Source: a virus. Taken from it: a stretch of DNA of 64,000 nucleotides. Shown here piece after piece: positions 41,801 through 51,712 of this stretch. The notes under the pieces are model-generated. The model was given only the letters and a program-made list of their open reading frames with translations, made no database searches and was not told where the DNA came from. The stretch is taken from positions 1-64,000 of IMG/VR virus record IMGVR_UViG_3300045988_037736, one strand, 5' to 3'. Numbering within the stretch: the first letter of the stretch is position 1; each line of letters begins with the position of its first letter. A program made the translations under genes and the position numbers.

Positions 41801-42998
41801 GGAAGGATACTCCTTTTGCTGAAGCATTAAGAGTCTTTCCTCCCATAGCTACTTTTCCTAGCCAAGCAGCTCCTTTAGTAGCTGCATTAACAGCAGCAGA
41901 GCTACCAAATGAGAGGATAGTAGAGGCAGCAGTAAAACCATACTGACCAAATAACTCAAAGGGTGTATTAGCTGAAAATAAGGAGTTCTGTTGCTCAACA
42001 GTATTAAAGATAGGATTGTCAGATAGTCCAAGACTCTCCAATCTCTCTTGCTCCGATGGTGACCATGAGTTAGTAGTTGCAACCCTGTCACCATATCTAG
42101 TTACAGCATTATCAATTACATTCTCAAGCCATGACTCATCATCTTCAAGACCTATACCTACAGCACCACCTATCATACCAGCAGCTCTGATAATCATACC
42201 AGCAGCACTGTCAATAAACTGAGCACCAGAGTTCCATGTTTTTTCAAGGAATGACTGATTGTTTGCTACTGTATTTTGATAGTAGTTACCAAGAGCCTTA
42301 GCAGCAAACTGACCTCCACCAACTGCTTCATTAGCAAGATAGGAGGCAAGAACCTGCTTTCTCTCCTCTGTAGACATTGATAGCTTATCTGTACCATTAT
42401 ACTCCTTATACATTGGAGAAATTTCTCCTGAGAAAGAATCAAGGTCAGTCAGGTACCTTTCTAGAGTCTCTGAGTCTAGGGCATTAAGCTGGTTATAGTA
42501 GGTATCATATAGTTGGGCAGACTTATTCTCAAGATAGGAAAAAGCCTGCTCCCTCATAGTATCTCCTCCTGTTAACTTAGCATCAATTAGGGCATACTTG
42601 TAATCAGGGTCAAACAGGAACTTCCACACAGAAGTGGAAGATTCCTGTAAATCACTCCTAGCATCAAGGTCAGATGCTAGAGCCTTCTTTGCTACATAGT
42701 CATCTCTCTGTCCTTTCGTAAGAGAGCTTCTGCTGTTGAATATCTGTTGGTCTTCTTCACTGTTACTATTGCCAAATATATCCATGAATACTGTGTTCCT
42801 AAAGTAGTTATCTTTTTGAACATCATCCATTCCTTGAATTTCTCTAGCATACTGCTTCTCCCATTCAGCCCTATCATCTGCACTAAGACCGGTCAGTCCC
42901 GAAAAGTAGGACTGATTATACCTTTGCTGTAGAGTCTGTTGTGACTTCTCTGAAGGAAGAGCAAACATTCCAGTGGGACCACCCGCTAATATAGGCAT
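35826..42998 (-). CDS. giant virion/cargo protein (2390 aa)
   Basis: It has coiled-coil-rich and Ala/Pro linker regions and no in-frame TAG. It ends in TAA. A possible PD-(D/E)xK-like segment is 'ILAYDGKGNFYIFDMKT'. Confidence 0.4.
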   Translation of the reverse strand: MPILAGGPTGMFALPSEKSQQTLQQRYNQSYFSGLTGLSADDRAEWEKQYAREIQGMDDVQKDNYFRNTVFMDIFGNSNSEEDQQIFNSRSSLTKGQRDDYVAKKALASDLDARSDLQESSTSVWKFLFDPDYKYALIDAKLTGGDTMREQAFSYLENKSAQLYDTYYNQLNALDSETLERYLTDLDSFSGEISPMYKEYNGTDKLSMSTEERKQVLASYLANEAVGGGQFAAKALGNYYQNTVANNQSFLEKTWNSGAQFIDSAAGMIIRAAGMIGGAVGIGLEDDESWLENVIDNAVTRYGDRVATTNSWSPSEQERLESLGLSDNPIFNTVEQQNSLFSANTPFELFGQYGFTAASTILSFGSSAAVNAATKGAAWLGKVAMGGKTLNASAKGVSFLRGVTKARNIGNLLVPGAVGTVEGGMNAAMTKQETLKGLETDIQNRYASKVDADIDAYAREHNMSQEQADYLKSNPEARAQFEGKYAADMAADRQAAEESANTAMYYDFWTNSVINGMVNATWQAGQQAPRVQNALRKIGIGGNNSVGDAVNIARQGDRWVAQARQMTKGQAFKGRLKEALGEGFEEYTQDISSAFGQAYAEDKMQQYIDNKYGANPGATAAQNDFWQSFAAGLQAAGNTAISFDAIKSGVYGALSTAMGGPNIGMKQGANGNMTAKGITWRSAFTPLFSNTEINAVNQQREKMAEHFNTYFSDESMQRALFNAGGTAEWLTQYQEAIESNDEKAARDARVGQMFSNIITLNDLEGTGYHEAVMANLQARANFDAQNLQDPESEESKAVEQFMASAQNRTQNISREEALQTIQRNANEMLDMMDMVSKETRSIEKIFGENIDQDVKASMVFNKVVIEDYKKRIGQLDEEIAEVTTELNSQEDATPSSALNNKGRRLIARFGSLSNAVTELSKLEEQKSELDQVVREMKREQKRGSLSQEDQATLAMAESYARELDRNIKSIKSAQEDYSFNAQHQAVERDGVTYNDPVDTTVLSASEIMSLSASDRAFMLDPKHRDRYSQEQQAEIDKVNSVGTSIHQDFTKKIADRNRVERDYRAAMNSQFALMYSPKALNRYVAKVKHQAQQRMLQKKNEELLDIATNGNYWQFSERLDDIYNRGDEAEIAAVEDMLTNQSYKGKWYDFPQEARDMFERYSRENERKSEIYDWAERNGVFEENDPRADVFAATLDYLSNSGVDVTDVEAGAEMLLDYDRDAAEDGEVNLYFEQHLARANEKAPIEGQITGYNSIEETIQTYRDIMGRYNSEREQRDLNNEEVVPTETPVEASEPAAIPDPTPSGPTIFDIGGSTPEAGHITEDGERVGSPTVSDMVEQGEVETPVTPVETPIEVTQPSSVIDTFIENSNEEVGKAAEVALRVAENAPSFTAEAKEQVKALIEGLSANSFDTVQEFADAITARANAMDGRAEANETQVPDLLRHVVAKVLKSQSDEKKIDTPSPRVDAPVSPFFDKRRRAIRTQARKMNYQFIVGNPESGMITSMNIAYLRQSHPDTPIVRYYDKYGIEDALRDGVLTRDSEVMFITDDALTDEVKSNMESKGFGYTENDLPIIAVVESSNGPITINVDGQDKHFQPVSVMSATGVEYSPGSKNMAPIRSLAVGNTGTSLVKNTDGSPVVTKLLKPIVAATSFDSSRRGQENNNVLDVGQNDLSEQDKGTPMGYQKAKRNFLKRLGIVKVGDNRKKIVFHQDKLNGGTQPIDIFIAPVQRTQNKEGQTVSQVRDSVDGLINFNSRTRRAAKTIANFIETFSDEEMSFTRDSSGQVVPLGDTEKLLNSMANTIENQISNYMNVPSKSGWHYSVTATDQVADGKKVYSIDLVNDDGSITPIHLTTVYQGMTEEASKAAQHEFLKNLLTDESGEVRMANERDSFIKWQVPFSDVERAAEGDNAAKKNLSDIYDDGFLEVSPTNVSFNYIIQGIALQSPFKSDGSPVYTTVANPTNASPASPVNEPVVVPNGQVVRGDTVIDSDTGTVVQGESAPAANPAAERAKEIVDRIVDDSKSITLADDGSGYVDSKGTRYARVTSIIAADEEAGERFDPNSPWVTPSTNIGTGIDEFVRDFFAGVATDFSKYPNATPEALQKFAEQLTVLKNNLEVNGLTVVPRDVTVTGQVEVADSNGKVHTINVAGTLDILAYDGKGNFYIFDMKTNRSGIDQHKREKYARQLSLYKDFLERKYGVQVKALNIIPIGVSYPAPAGWRNGTADYSVSPEKDNQLLIDGREYTEANPVLQETIAVPYKPLRIVYDRLTDAEKAMVSGIEETLNEGTGVVEAPVEPVTPIEAQVADSVDMTVDPTLGIAVDMSIGEGLFEDDFTGGMGWDLGGRLTPIPHHLQWNNLTQEQRDGLAAKHIDEVSWSQMEDQEMEQELGCL

Positions 42999-43021
42999 AA
43001 TTTATAAATATTTTTAAGTTA

Positions 43022-44410
43022 TTACATACCACTAGATGCATCATCATCTGCTACTGTAGCAGGGGTTGATGAGCTACTCACCTTAGGAACAAGCCAGAAG
43101 TGGTCATCTACAGTTGTCTGTGTCTTCACAGCAATCTCTATCTCATTTACATCATAGCCAGTTCCTGCCAATCTTCTCCTTACATACTGTTGTTGAGTAG
43201 GACTCAACTGACTAAATTGTATATATTGGACATCTCCTGGGATAACATAACCTTCTTTATCCTCCTTATCCCCTCTAGAGTCAGGATTAGAAGCTTGTGC
43301 ATTATCTGCTCTCCAGTGAATGTTACCTAATGGCTTTCTTTGCGCTTTAGCTTTTGCAACTTCAGCAGCTGTTGGAGTAGGTGTTGGAGTAGGTGTTGTA
43401 GATTTCCATGTTACTCCATCAGACTGTAAAATTTCAGTCCATTGCAGCTTACCATTACTATAGAATTTAGTCTTGCCATCAGCAGAAATATAATAAGGTT
43501 TAGCTCCTGAAGCAATACTATCCTTCTCCTTAGCATACTCAAACTGGTCTCTTTGTAGCTGTACTGAGGCTGCTTGATTAGCAAGAGACTGTCTTTGTGC
43601 AGCATTGATATACTCGCCATTCTCAGTAAACTGATAGGTAGGCTTAGCAAGACCTGCATACATACCAGTAGTAACACTACTTAGAACTTGCTGTCTTGCA
43701 GCATCTCCCCAATCAGCAACATTGGCAAGTTCATCATCCATTATCTGTCTGAACCCTTGTAGCTTTGTTCTAAGAGCTTCTGATATATTTGGATTATTAA
43801 GCTGGTCATTTACTACAGCATAGAACATCTCAGGACTCATGCCATTCTGCTGAGTTATCTGATATTTCTGACCACCAAGAACTGTCTTAAATTCAGGGTC
43901 ACTGAATAATGACTTACCTAATGCTTCTGCTTTTGCAGATGTTCTTGCAAGTATATCCTTACCACTTACATAATCCTCACTTACTGTCTTTCCATGTAAG
44001 AAATCATCAAGGGAGAGATTCTCAACCTTGAATATAGCTGAGTTATCTCTTGCCCTTGTATCTCTCCTATATTTTATAGCTTCCTGTCTGGCAGCATCTG
44101 CTCTTGCAATAGGAGTAATCTCCTTTGCATATCTTCTTTTGAGACCAAGGAGCTGCCTTCTGTTAGCCATTGTCATTCCTCTACTGAAGTCATCAGTAAC
44201 AGTTTCTAAATCCTTAGCATATCTACTAAACATTGCATAGGCTTCAGGACTATTCTCCTGTGTTGCAATATCTCTGAATGCCTCAGTCTGAGTTGCAAGA
44301 TTTGCATACTGCTCTTCAGCTTCATTATAAGCTTTGGTGTAATCCTCTAGAGGCTTTACCAGCTGCTCATATGTAAAAGGATTAAACCTACTATTTACAA
44401 CTATATTCAT
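43022..44410 (-). CDS. hypothetical virion protein (462 aa)
   Basis: It contains a 'TPTPTPTPT' linker. It is separated from the upstream gene by TAA in the same frame. Confidence 0.35.
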   Translation of the reverse strand: MNIVVNSRFNPFTYEQLVKPLEDYTKAYNEAEEQYANLATQTEAFRDIATQENSPEAYAMFSRYAKDLETVTDDFSRGMTMANRRQLLGLKRRYAKEITPIARADAARQEAIKYRRDTRARDNSAIFKVENLSLDDFLHGKTVSEDYVSGKDILARTSAKAEALGKSLFSDPEFKTVLGGQKYQITQQNGMSPEMFYAVVNDQLNNPNISEALRTKLQGFRQIMDDELANVADWGDAARQQVLSSVTTGMYAGLAKPTYQFTENGEYINAAQRQSLANQAASVQLQRDQFEYAKEKDSIASGAKPYYISADGKTKFYSNGKLQWTEILQSDGVTWKSTTPTPTPTPTAAEVAKAKAQRKPLGNIHWRADNAQASNPDSRGDKEDKEGYVIPGDVQYIQFSQLSPTQQQYVRRRLAGTGYDVNEIEIAVKTQTTVDDHFWLVPKVSSSSTPATVADDDASSGM

Positions 44411-44413
44411 ATG

Positions 44414-47104
44414 TTAGAATGTTAAACCTCTTTTCTTTCTTTTAATCTTACCACCATAAGCTTCCTTTTGAACAGGAGCATAAACTCCATGTCTACTAGC
44501 CCATGTTCTCCATTTTCTATCAACTTTCTCCCTACCAATATCTCCAAGAGAACTGAAGATGTTTGATAAGTTATCAGAGATAGCTTGTTCTCTTGCAAGT
44601 CTAGCTCTTGACCTTATATCAGCAGCAGCCATTGTACCTCTTAATGAGAAGTCTCTAGCTCTTGATAATGCTTCTTGGTTGGCTATATCAGCTTGCAGGA
44701 ATCCTTGGGAGTTCTGAATATTTGTACCTCTATTGAACTCTTCAACTTGATTCCTTTGAGCAAGGTTATATTCTTCAGCCTGTCTTGCTAAAGCACCAAG
44801 CTGGTTTAGATAGTTATTATCAGCAGCAAGAATGCCTGCCATTGCAGTGGCTCTGTTACCTCCTGAAGTATTTAGTAGAGACCTTCTTGAGGCACCTGCC
44901 TCTGCATTCATCTTGTTAATGTAGTAATCCCTATCAAATGGTCTATAAGTTAGGTAGTTACCAATAGGTCTATACCTTACAGGTCTGTAAGCACCTTTAC
45001 CACTGCTTGCTTCAAGTATGGCTGAGACATCACCATCATCAGGCTTTGTAAACAATGAAGTTCCAAGACCTATGGCAGAGCCTAAGATAGGCATATACCT
45101 CATCCAATTATCATAGTTGGGGTATTCACCTCCATTATCAGTAAGGTCAGGGGCTTTCTCATCAGTAGGAGCTACAGCAGGTCTTTCCTTATAGAATAGG
45201 TCTGTATAATCTGTATCTCCTTCACTACTTGTTCCTGTCCTTACATACTGATATGTTCCAGTTGTTGGGTCATAGTCAGGAATAAGTAGGTCTTCCAAAG
45301 GAGTGCCACTAGCATCTGTTCTTCCTGTAAGATACATCCTCTTACCAGTCTTTCTTGGAGCTACTGGAACTGGACTACCTGCAAGGTCTATTCCTGCGTG
45401 CATACCACCCCAACTCTTGTCAGCTGTCCTTGAAGAGAAGATGTCTTTGGTAAGACCCTCTAGAGTAAGAGGCACATATCCTCTTCTTCCTTCATTATAC
45501 CTATTAACTGATTCAACATACCTAGGTAGCCATTGATTTACCTCATCACTTCCCCAGTTATTGATGACATAGTTCCTTCTTGTCATAAATGGAGAGTTAT
45601 CTCCATACATAATATCCCAGTCAATAGAGCCATTTGACTTATAGGGATTGAATCCTTCTTGACCAAAAGTAAGACCTGGAGTAGAGTTATTATAATTGAG
45701 AGTCTGCATCCAGCTACCTGTTTCATACAGGTGACCTCCTCTCGCAAACTTTCTCTCTTCTTTTCTTTCCCTTACCTGCTCCTGTACTTCCATCAACTTA
45801 GACATGCTGTCTATCATTCCTGCCCTACTTATAGGGTCATTAGGCCTCTCTTCAGATTCTTTGCTCATTTGAATAGCAGCATCTGCAAAGGTGAGAGGTT
45901 TTGTTCCTCTTAGTTTATATTTCTTTCTTACTGCTTTTGGAACTCTTAGTCTGTTACTAAATACATAATCATTGAAGATAACTTCTCCCTCTTCTACAAG
46001 GTTAGGAATGCCTTCAGCATCCATTCCCATAGGAACTCCTTCATTAGGGTTTTCTTCATGTGTACCTCCATTACCCACAAGAACAAGTCCTGTATCAAAG
46101 TCAGCTCCATGTGTCATAAGGTCTCCTCCAAAGGCATGATGCCACTTAGCAGCGTTCTAAGCAAATATAGCTCTCTTTCTAGTTAAAGGATTTTTACTAT
46201 GGGTTAATTCCTCTGTAGTCTTTCCTGTTCTCTTCTTAGTAGCATTGAACTTACCTCTATTCTCTGGGTTAATATGTATTCCTCCACCTTCTGCAAAGTA
46301 CAATGGACCTCCATATGAGGCTATGTTTCTAAGTATATCCCTCTTCCTAGTCTATCCTATATTATACTGTGCATTTTCTAAAGAAGAACTAACATATTGC
46401 CTAGCAGTATCAGCTCTTTTGCTCATATCCTAATATAAATCATCTATATCATGACTAAATGCACCCTAACTGCCTAAATCATCATGATTAAAGTATCCAA
46501 CTGTTGGAGCAGTAGCCATCTCCTAAGCTAAAGCATCATAATCAGTAGCACTTGATTTAAACTGTCCAGCCTGGGATATTTGATTATTTAAAGAACTTAT
46601 AAGTTTTTCATTTCTTTCAGAACCAAATAAGTTATTAGTAACTCCTCCAAGTAGCTAACTTGCTCCCATTACTATACCCCCAACCATTGGGTTTACAGAC
46701 ATTAAGGCTCCACCTACAGTTGAGCCTATACTACTAATTCCATTTCCTACTGCACTAGACCTTTTTCCTCCAATTACATTACCTACAATTGAACCAGTTA
46801 AGGCACTTCCTAGTCCTATACCCTGTTTGCCCAATTGAGTAAGTCCTAAGGATGGATTAGTAGTTCCAGATGGTGGAAGAGGAAGGGTTGCTGAAGCAGC
46901 AGTTGGTTGAGTAGTTTTAGTAAGAGCTTGCAGCCCTGTTGATATAGCTTCTCCAGGCATAGTTTCTCTAATACCAGGCATAGAAAAAGCATCATCCATA
47001 CCTGGTATTCCAGCTAGATAATCAGGAGTACCTCCCCATGCAAAATAATTATTCCTCCCAAAAAGGAGTTTATTTGTTCTTTTTTTAATAAGTTTCTTTG
47101 CCAT
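44414..47104 (-). CDS. large structural protein read through 6 in-frame TAG codons (~896 codons)
   Basis: The 149-aa and 567-aa ORFs are in the same frame. The 537-nt spacer 46118-46654 contains TAG at 46157, 46352, 46430, 46466, 46523 and 46655 as its only stops, with no TAA or TGA. The N-terminus is Gly-rich. It ends in TAA. Confidence 0.5.
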
Positions 47105-47167
47105 CTAAATGAATTTTGTATGCAAATGTAGCAAAAATATCCCACTAATACAATAGTATAATACAAT

Positions 47168-47209
47168 TAATTAAAAAGGTGTAAGGTTTTTCTTACACCT
47201 TTTTAATTA
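47168..47209. terminator. long perfect hairpin at the 3' end of the TAG-containing tail-fiber-like gene
   Basis: A 19-bp perfect stem 'aattaattaaaaaggtgtaag/cttacacctttttaattaatt' with a 6-nt loop 'gttttt'. It is AT-rich on both sides and overlaps the TAA stop at 47207-47209. Confidence 0.6.
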
Positions 47210-50200
47210 CATAGAGTACTTAGTAGATACATTATATATTGTCACTCTCTAGTTTTTATGTGAGGCACTCCCTAGAGTTATTTCACTCCATGGATTTCTA
47301 ATCCTTGCCCTACCATAGTGCCTTATAACATCTTTACCATCTTGTGCTACATAAGGAGACCTAGGAATATTAATCCTCCATATATTAAACTTCTTCCTTA
47401 TATCTCTACTATTAGTGAGGTCAGTATAAGCTTTCTAATAGTCATTCTCTGCTTGGATAAAATCAAATGGCTTATCAGAATTATCCTTTTGGTCAAAGTT
47501 CCGTACTTCAGCATTAACTTCCACTGTGTCAAAAATTTTTGTGTAAGGAGAATTACCATTAGATATATAAGTGAAACTAAATGGTTTAAAGTTACCATAG
47601 AACTCATTATATACCCCAGTGAAGTTCTCCCATAGCCTAACTTTATCCTATTCCTATTTTATAGAGTAAAAACCACCTTCAAAGTCAAACATACCTTCAG
47701 TTTCACCATAACTTAAAAAGGAAGTGAACTAGTTAAGCTTAGTTGAGAAACATAAAGCTTCTTCGCCATGAGCTGGAGAGAAATATACATCCCCATTCAT
47801 ATTATCAACAAAGCTTCTTACTCCCATTCCTGTAGGAGTCCACTCTGATAAGTCAACATCATTCTTAACCCACTAACTCATTCCTGAAAGCTCACTTACA
47901 TTTACTAATTCCTAACCATATCTATAAATACTTTTGGACTCGTTATCTATGAAGAATAGACCTGTTGAGGTAGGAATAATAGACCATTTATTAGCACATC
48001 CAATAGTAGAGGATAGAATCCTGAACCCATCTACTCTGTTTGAATTTCCTATCTCAATAGGTACTCCGTCTGTAGGATTGAGCTATACTCTAGAATTAAA
48101 CATAATCTAGCTAATAGATTTTTCCTAGAAGCCAATAAGAGTATCATTGATGGAGGTTAGACATGTTACAGACCCTTTATCAGCAGGAAGGTCTAAGGTA
48201 CTAGCTAAAGTGACATTAGTCCATGGGTCAATTATAGACTAGGGATTTTTCTTTAAGGACCATGCTACCTAGTAAGGAAATGTATCTATTTTATAATAGT
48301 CCTTGTCTAGTGTTCTGTAGTTAAAGAAGTTATCTAACTAAGAGTATACTTCATTTATCTTATAAGAGTCAGGAGTAATGTCGAAGTTGGATAGCTGCCC
48401 TCTTTTAGTATCGTATCTTCCATCAAGATTAATATGTGACTCAAGCATAAATGAACCTATTTCTACTATCTAATTAGTATCATCATCTGCAAAAGGATAA
48501 GTCTTTACACAATCATATCTTGTACACCATGTATCCCCATAGGCATAAGGAATCGTAATTATCTTATGTGGAGTTGATACAAGAGGAACTGACTCACTAC
48601 TTGGAACCCATAAGTTATTTTTGATAGCTTCATCCGATTTACCTCCAAACCTAGTGTCTGGGTCAACCCACTATGTTAATTCAGCTATAGGTAATGTGGG
48701 GGAATAATCTTTATCCTCTTCAAGTAACTACAGAGTGCTATTCTGGATGGTAAACGTATTATCTGTATTATCTGTAGATGGCTCTGAATACATTTTATAA
48801 GATGTAATACCAACTATATTTCCGAGAGATACCTTTAAGTTTAATAATACCTAATCCCCAAGATACTAAAAGTTATCATGACCATCCTGTAAGTTTTCAA
48901 AAGGACCCCATTTTATTGGCCCCGCATTCTGAAGAACTCCTACCCACTCACCATTTACATAGTGATGATAGATTATACATCCTTTCTTCACTAAAACAGT
49001 CACTTTAGTTCCTGAGTTTTGTACCTGCCAATACCCTACTTCTCCTATCTTTACCCTTTTAACCAATACACGCTTAGCTATGGGTCCAATGTAAGCCATT
49101 ACAATCTGATAGGTTCCTAGAGCAGTCACACTTGTATCGTCAACATCTAGTACTAAGTTCCCCTCTTTGTTATAAGTCCCATAAAAGGTTTTTGAGCCTA
49201 TAAATGAAAGGATAGGATATGAAGTACTGGTAGAAGTATTATTCTCCCATCCAGAGGGGGTATACTATGAAGTTATAGTCTCACCAGTAACAGAAGTGTA
49301 TGGTAGTACTGGAATAACCTTAGGGTTATCCTCATCATATAAAGAGAATACTAAGTGAGGAGATGATTTATACTTCATTCTTACTGACTCCCCAGAAGTA
49401 GGTACATTAGTAGGGGATACTTGTGAAATACTATCATCAGTACCAGCATAAATAGGATAAGCTGATGTGGCTGATACAATATCATCTACATTTCCAAAGT
49501 ATAGTACATCCTAGTCTAAATGTGGAACACGAACAGTTAAGCCTGTAACCTCTTTAGAAGAGAATAACTTAGGAGTTGTAATTTTAATATTGTGGTTATT
49601 AGAGTTAAAAAAAGTTGACTTACTTTCAAAATACTTTAAATTGGAAATAATCTTCCATTTTAGTATAGCTGTTCTATTTCCGGATTTCTCTATAATCTCA
49701 GGAGACCTGACAATATCATTATTTAGTGAGCCTGTTCTATGCCAAGGATAAACTAAATATTTAACAATACCTGTCTTATCATCATCTAAAAAATCCCCTC
49801 TTAGTATTTTATCTTCAAAACAACATGATGATACAAATCCTCCATTAACAGTAGTATTAGGAGTAGTACAGTTCACTGGAAATCCTACAGGATGATGTAT
49901 AAATCCTCCAGCCTGAGAACTAGCTTTAGAGGTCACTGCTAAATCTATATCTCCATACAATCCATGTAGGCTAGCGGCTCCAACAATATTTAGCCTTGCT
50001 CCTTCTAATTGAGTAGTATTTATATAGGACCCATACTCAATTTCTGGGGAATGTAAAGTAACTAAGTTACTATCAACAGCAAAAGTTGAATAATGAGACT
50101 TTATACCATCAGAGGGAGAAATAATTTCCTATATTGACTTATTGGAATCTCCTGGCAGAGATGACTATATTTCAGCACTTCTATTACCTCCACTGAAAAG

Positions 50201-51676
50201 TGTATAATTATGTTTATACTAAATAGTCGACCCCTAATCTATCGAGGTAGAGGTTTCTTTTGGCTTTCCATCTACATATACAGGAGATGGCCTAAAGAAC
50301 CAAGATGACATTGCATATGGGTTATTCATGTGCCTTCCTCTCACACTGTAGACAGTAGGATTTAAAACTCCCTAACATATAATATTTCTCTCCGCTGGCT
50401 TAGGGAAAACAACACAAGTTCTAGCCCTTCTTACTCCAGCTTTTAATAATGAGGCAGTTGCATTAGGGAATAACTAAAGTTCCTTAGTATCCACCCCGTC
50501 AGTAGTGCCCCAAAAATATGAATTATTTAACTCTACATCAAGAAAACCATCACCATCACCATCACTATTCCTTATGACTTTGTTTAATGGAATAGGTTCT
50601 GACCATTCTCCAGTCTTAAACTAAAATTGAACTCCTAATCTATATGTTTCTCCTGCCTTAAAATGACCAGGCTTAAACTATGGTAGATAAGGATAGTATT
50701 TATTTATACCCTAATTATCATAAGTATCTTCGGCTAAAAAACAATCTGTTAACCCTAAAGAGTCCCCATTTTCAGCCTCTTCCTATTGAAGTAATGTAGT
50801 TAGTTCTTTAGTATTTTTCTGAACAGTAATGTTTCCATAAAACATCACTCCTTCTTTGCTAGTGATAGTTCCAGCTAATATTGTTTGTCCCCCAGTATAT
50901 AATAGTTTAGCAGGGTCTTCTATTGAACCAGTAAGACCAGTATCTGTATATTCAATTGTTTTTACCAGCTAATCCTCAGAACCAAACACATCATACCAGT
51001 ATTCTCCTTCAGCACTTTCCTCCTAGCAATCTTTTAAGTCTAAGTCAGCTACAATCTTAACTGTAGGCTATGCGTCTAGTGAAGTTCTATGTATAGAATA
51101 AACCCTTATATAATCAAAGTTATCAACATTTTCTACTTTAATTGTGAAAGAAGTTATAACCTTCTCTTCTGGATTACCAGCTCTATCATAATTCCTTATA
51201 TACTATATGGGAGATACATAGAATATGTTACTTTCTTGCCCATACTTATTAAAGTATGTAAGAGCATATTGAATTACTCCAGGAGAAAATTCTCCATGAC
51301 TGGAACTTCTACCTACCAGTACTCTTTCTTTTAACTATAGGTTCTATACAAAATCAAATGGAGACTCAGCTCTGTATATCCAATTTCCTTTTTCATACCA
51401 CTTTTCTAGATTTTCTATAACTTCCTAGGAAACTCCCTCACTTTTCTATGGATTTGAGAAATTAACTCCGTCTACTATAACTTTACTAGCTATATCTTCA
51501 GGAAGTTTCAACTCTGGGGCAGTTATATTAATAACTCTAGGCTGGTTAATTCCATCTGTCCAATACAACTTATTCACAAGAACTGACTCACTATCCCCTA
51601 ATATTTCTAGAGGGTGATTAGCATCAAGACCTAGCACTCCTTCAAATAGAGTAACTTTAATCCACTCCCCTTTATC
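47207..51676 (-). CDS. very large tail-fiber/tailspike-like protein encoded with 39 in-frame TAG codons
   Basis: A single frame is open over ~4.4 kb (1477 codons). The only in-frame stops are 39 TAG, and it ends at TAA 47207-47209. It joins the track fragments 51446..51637, 49511..49960 and 48866..49129. The start is unresolved, because two in-frame TGAs lie upstream at 51677 and 51713. Confidence 0.5.
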
Positions 51677-51712
51677 TTCATGGAGTCTATATATTCTAGA
51701 TACTTCCTGAGT

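Noticed and set aside
46118-46654. An ORF-free spacer between the 567-aa and 149-aa ORFs, which could be read as an intergenic region or pseudogene.
   Set aside because: Codon-by-codon reading shows the flanking ORFs share a frame and the spacer's only stops are six TAGs. It is therefore coding with TAG read through.
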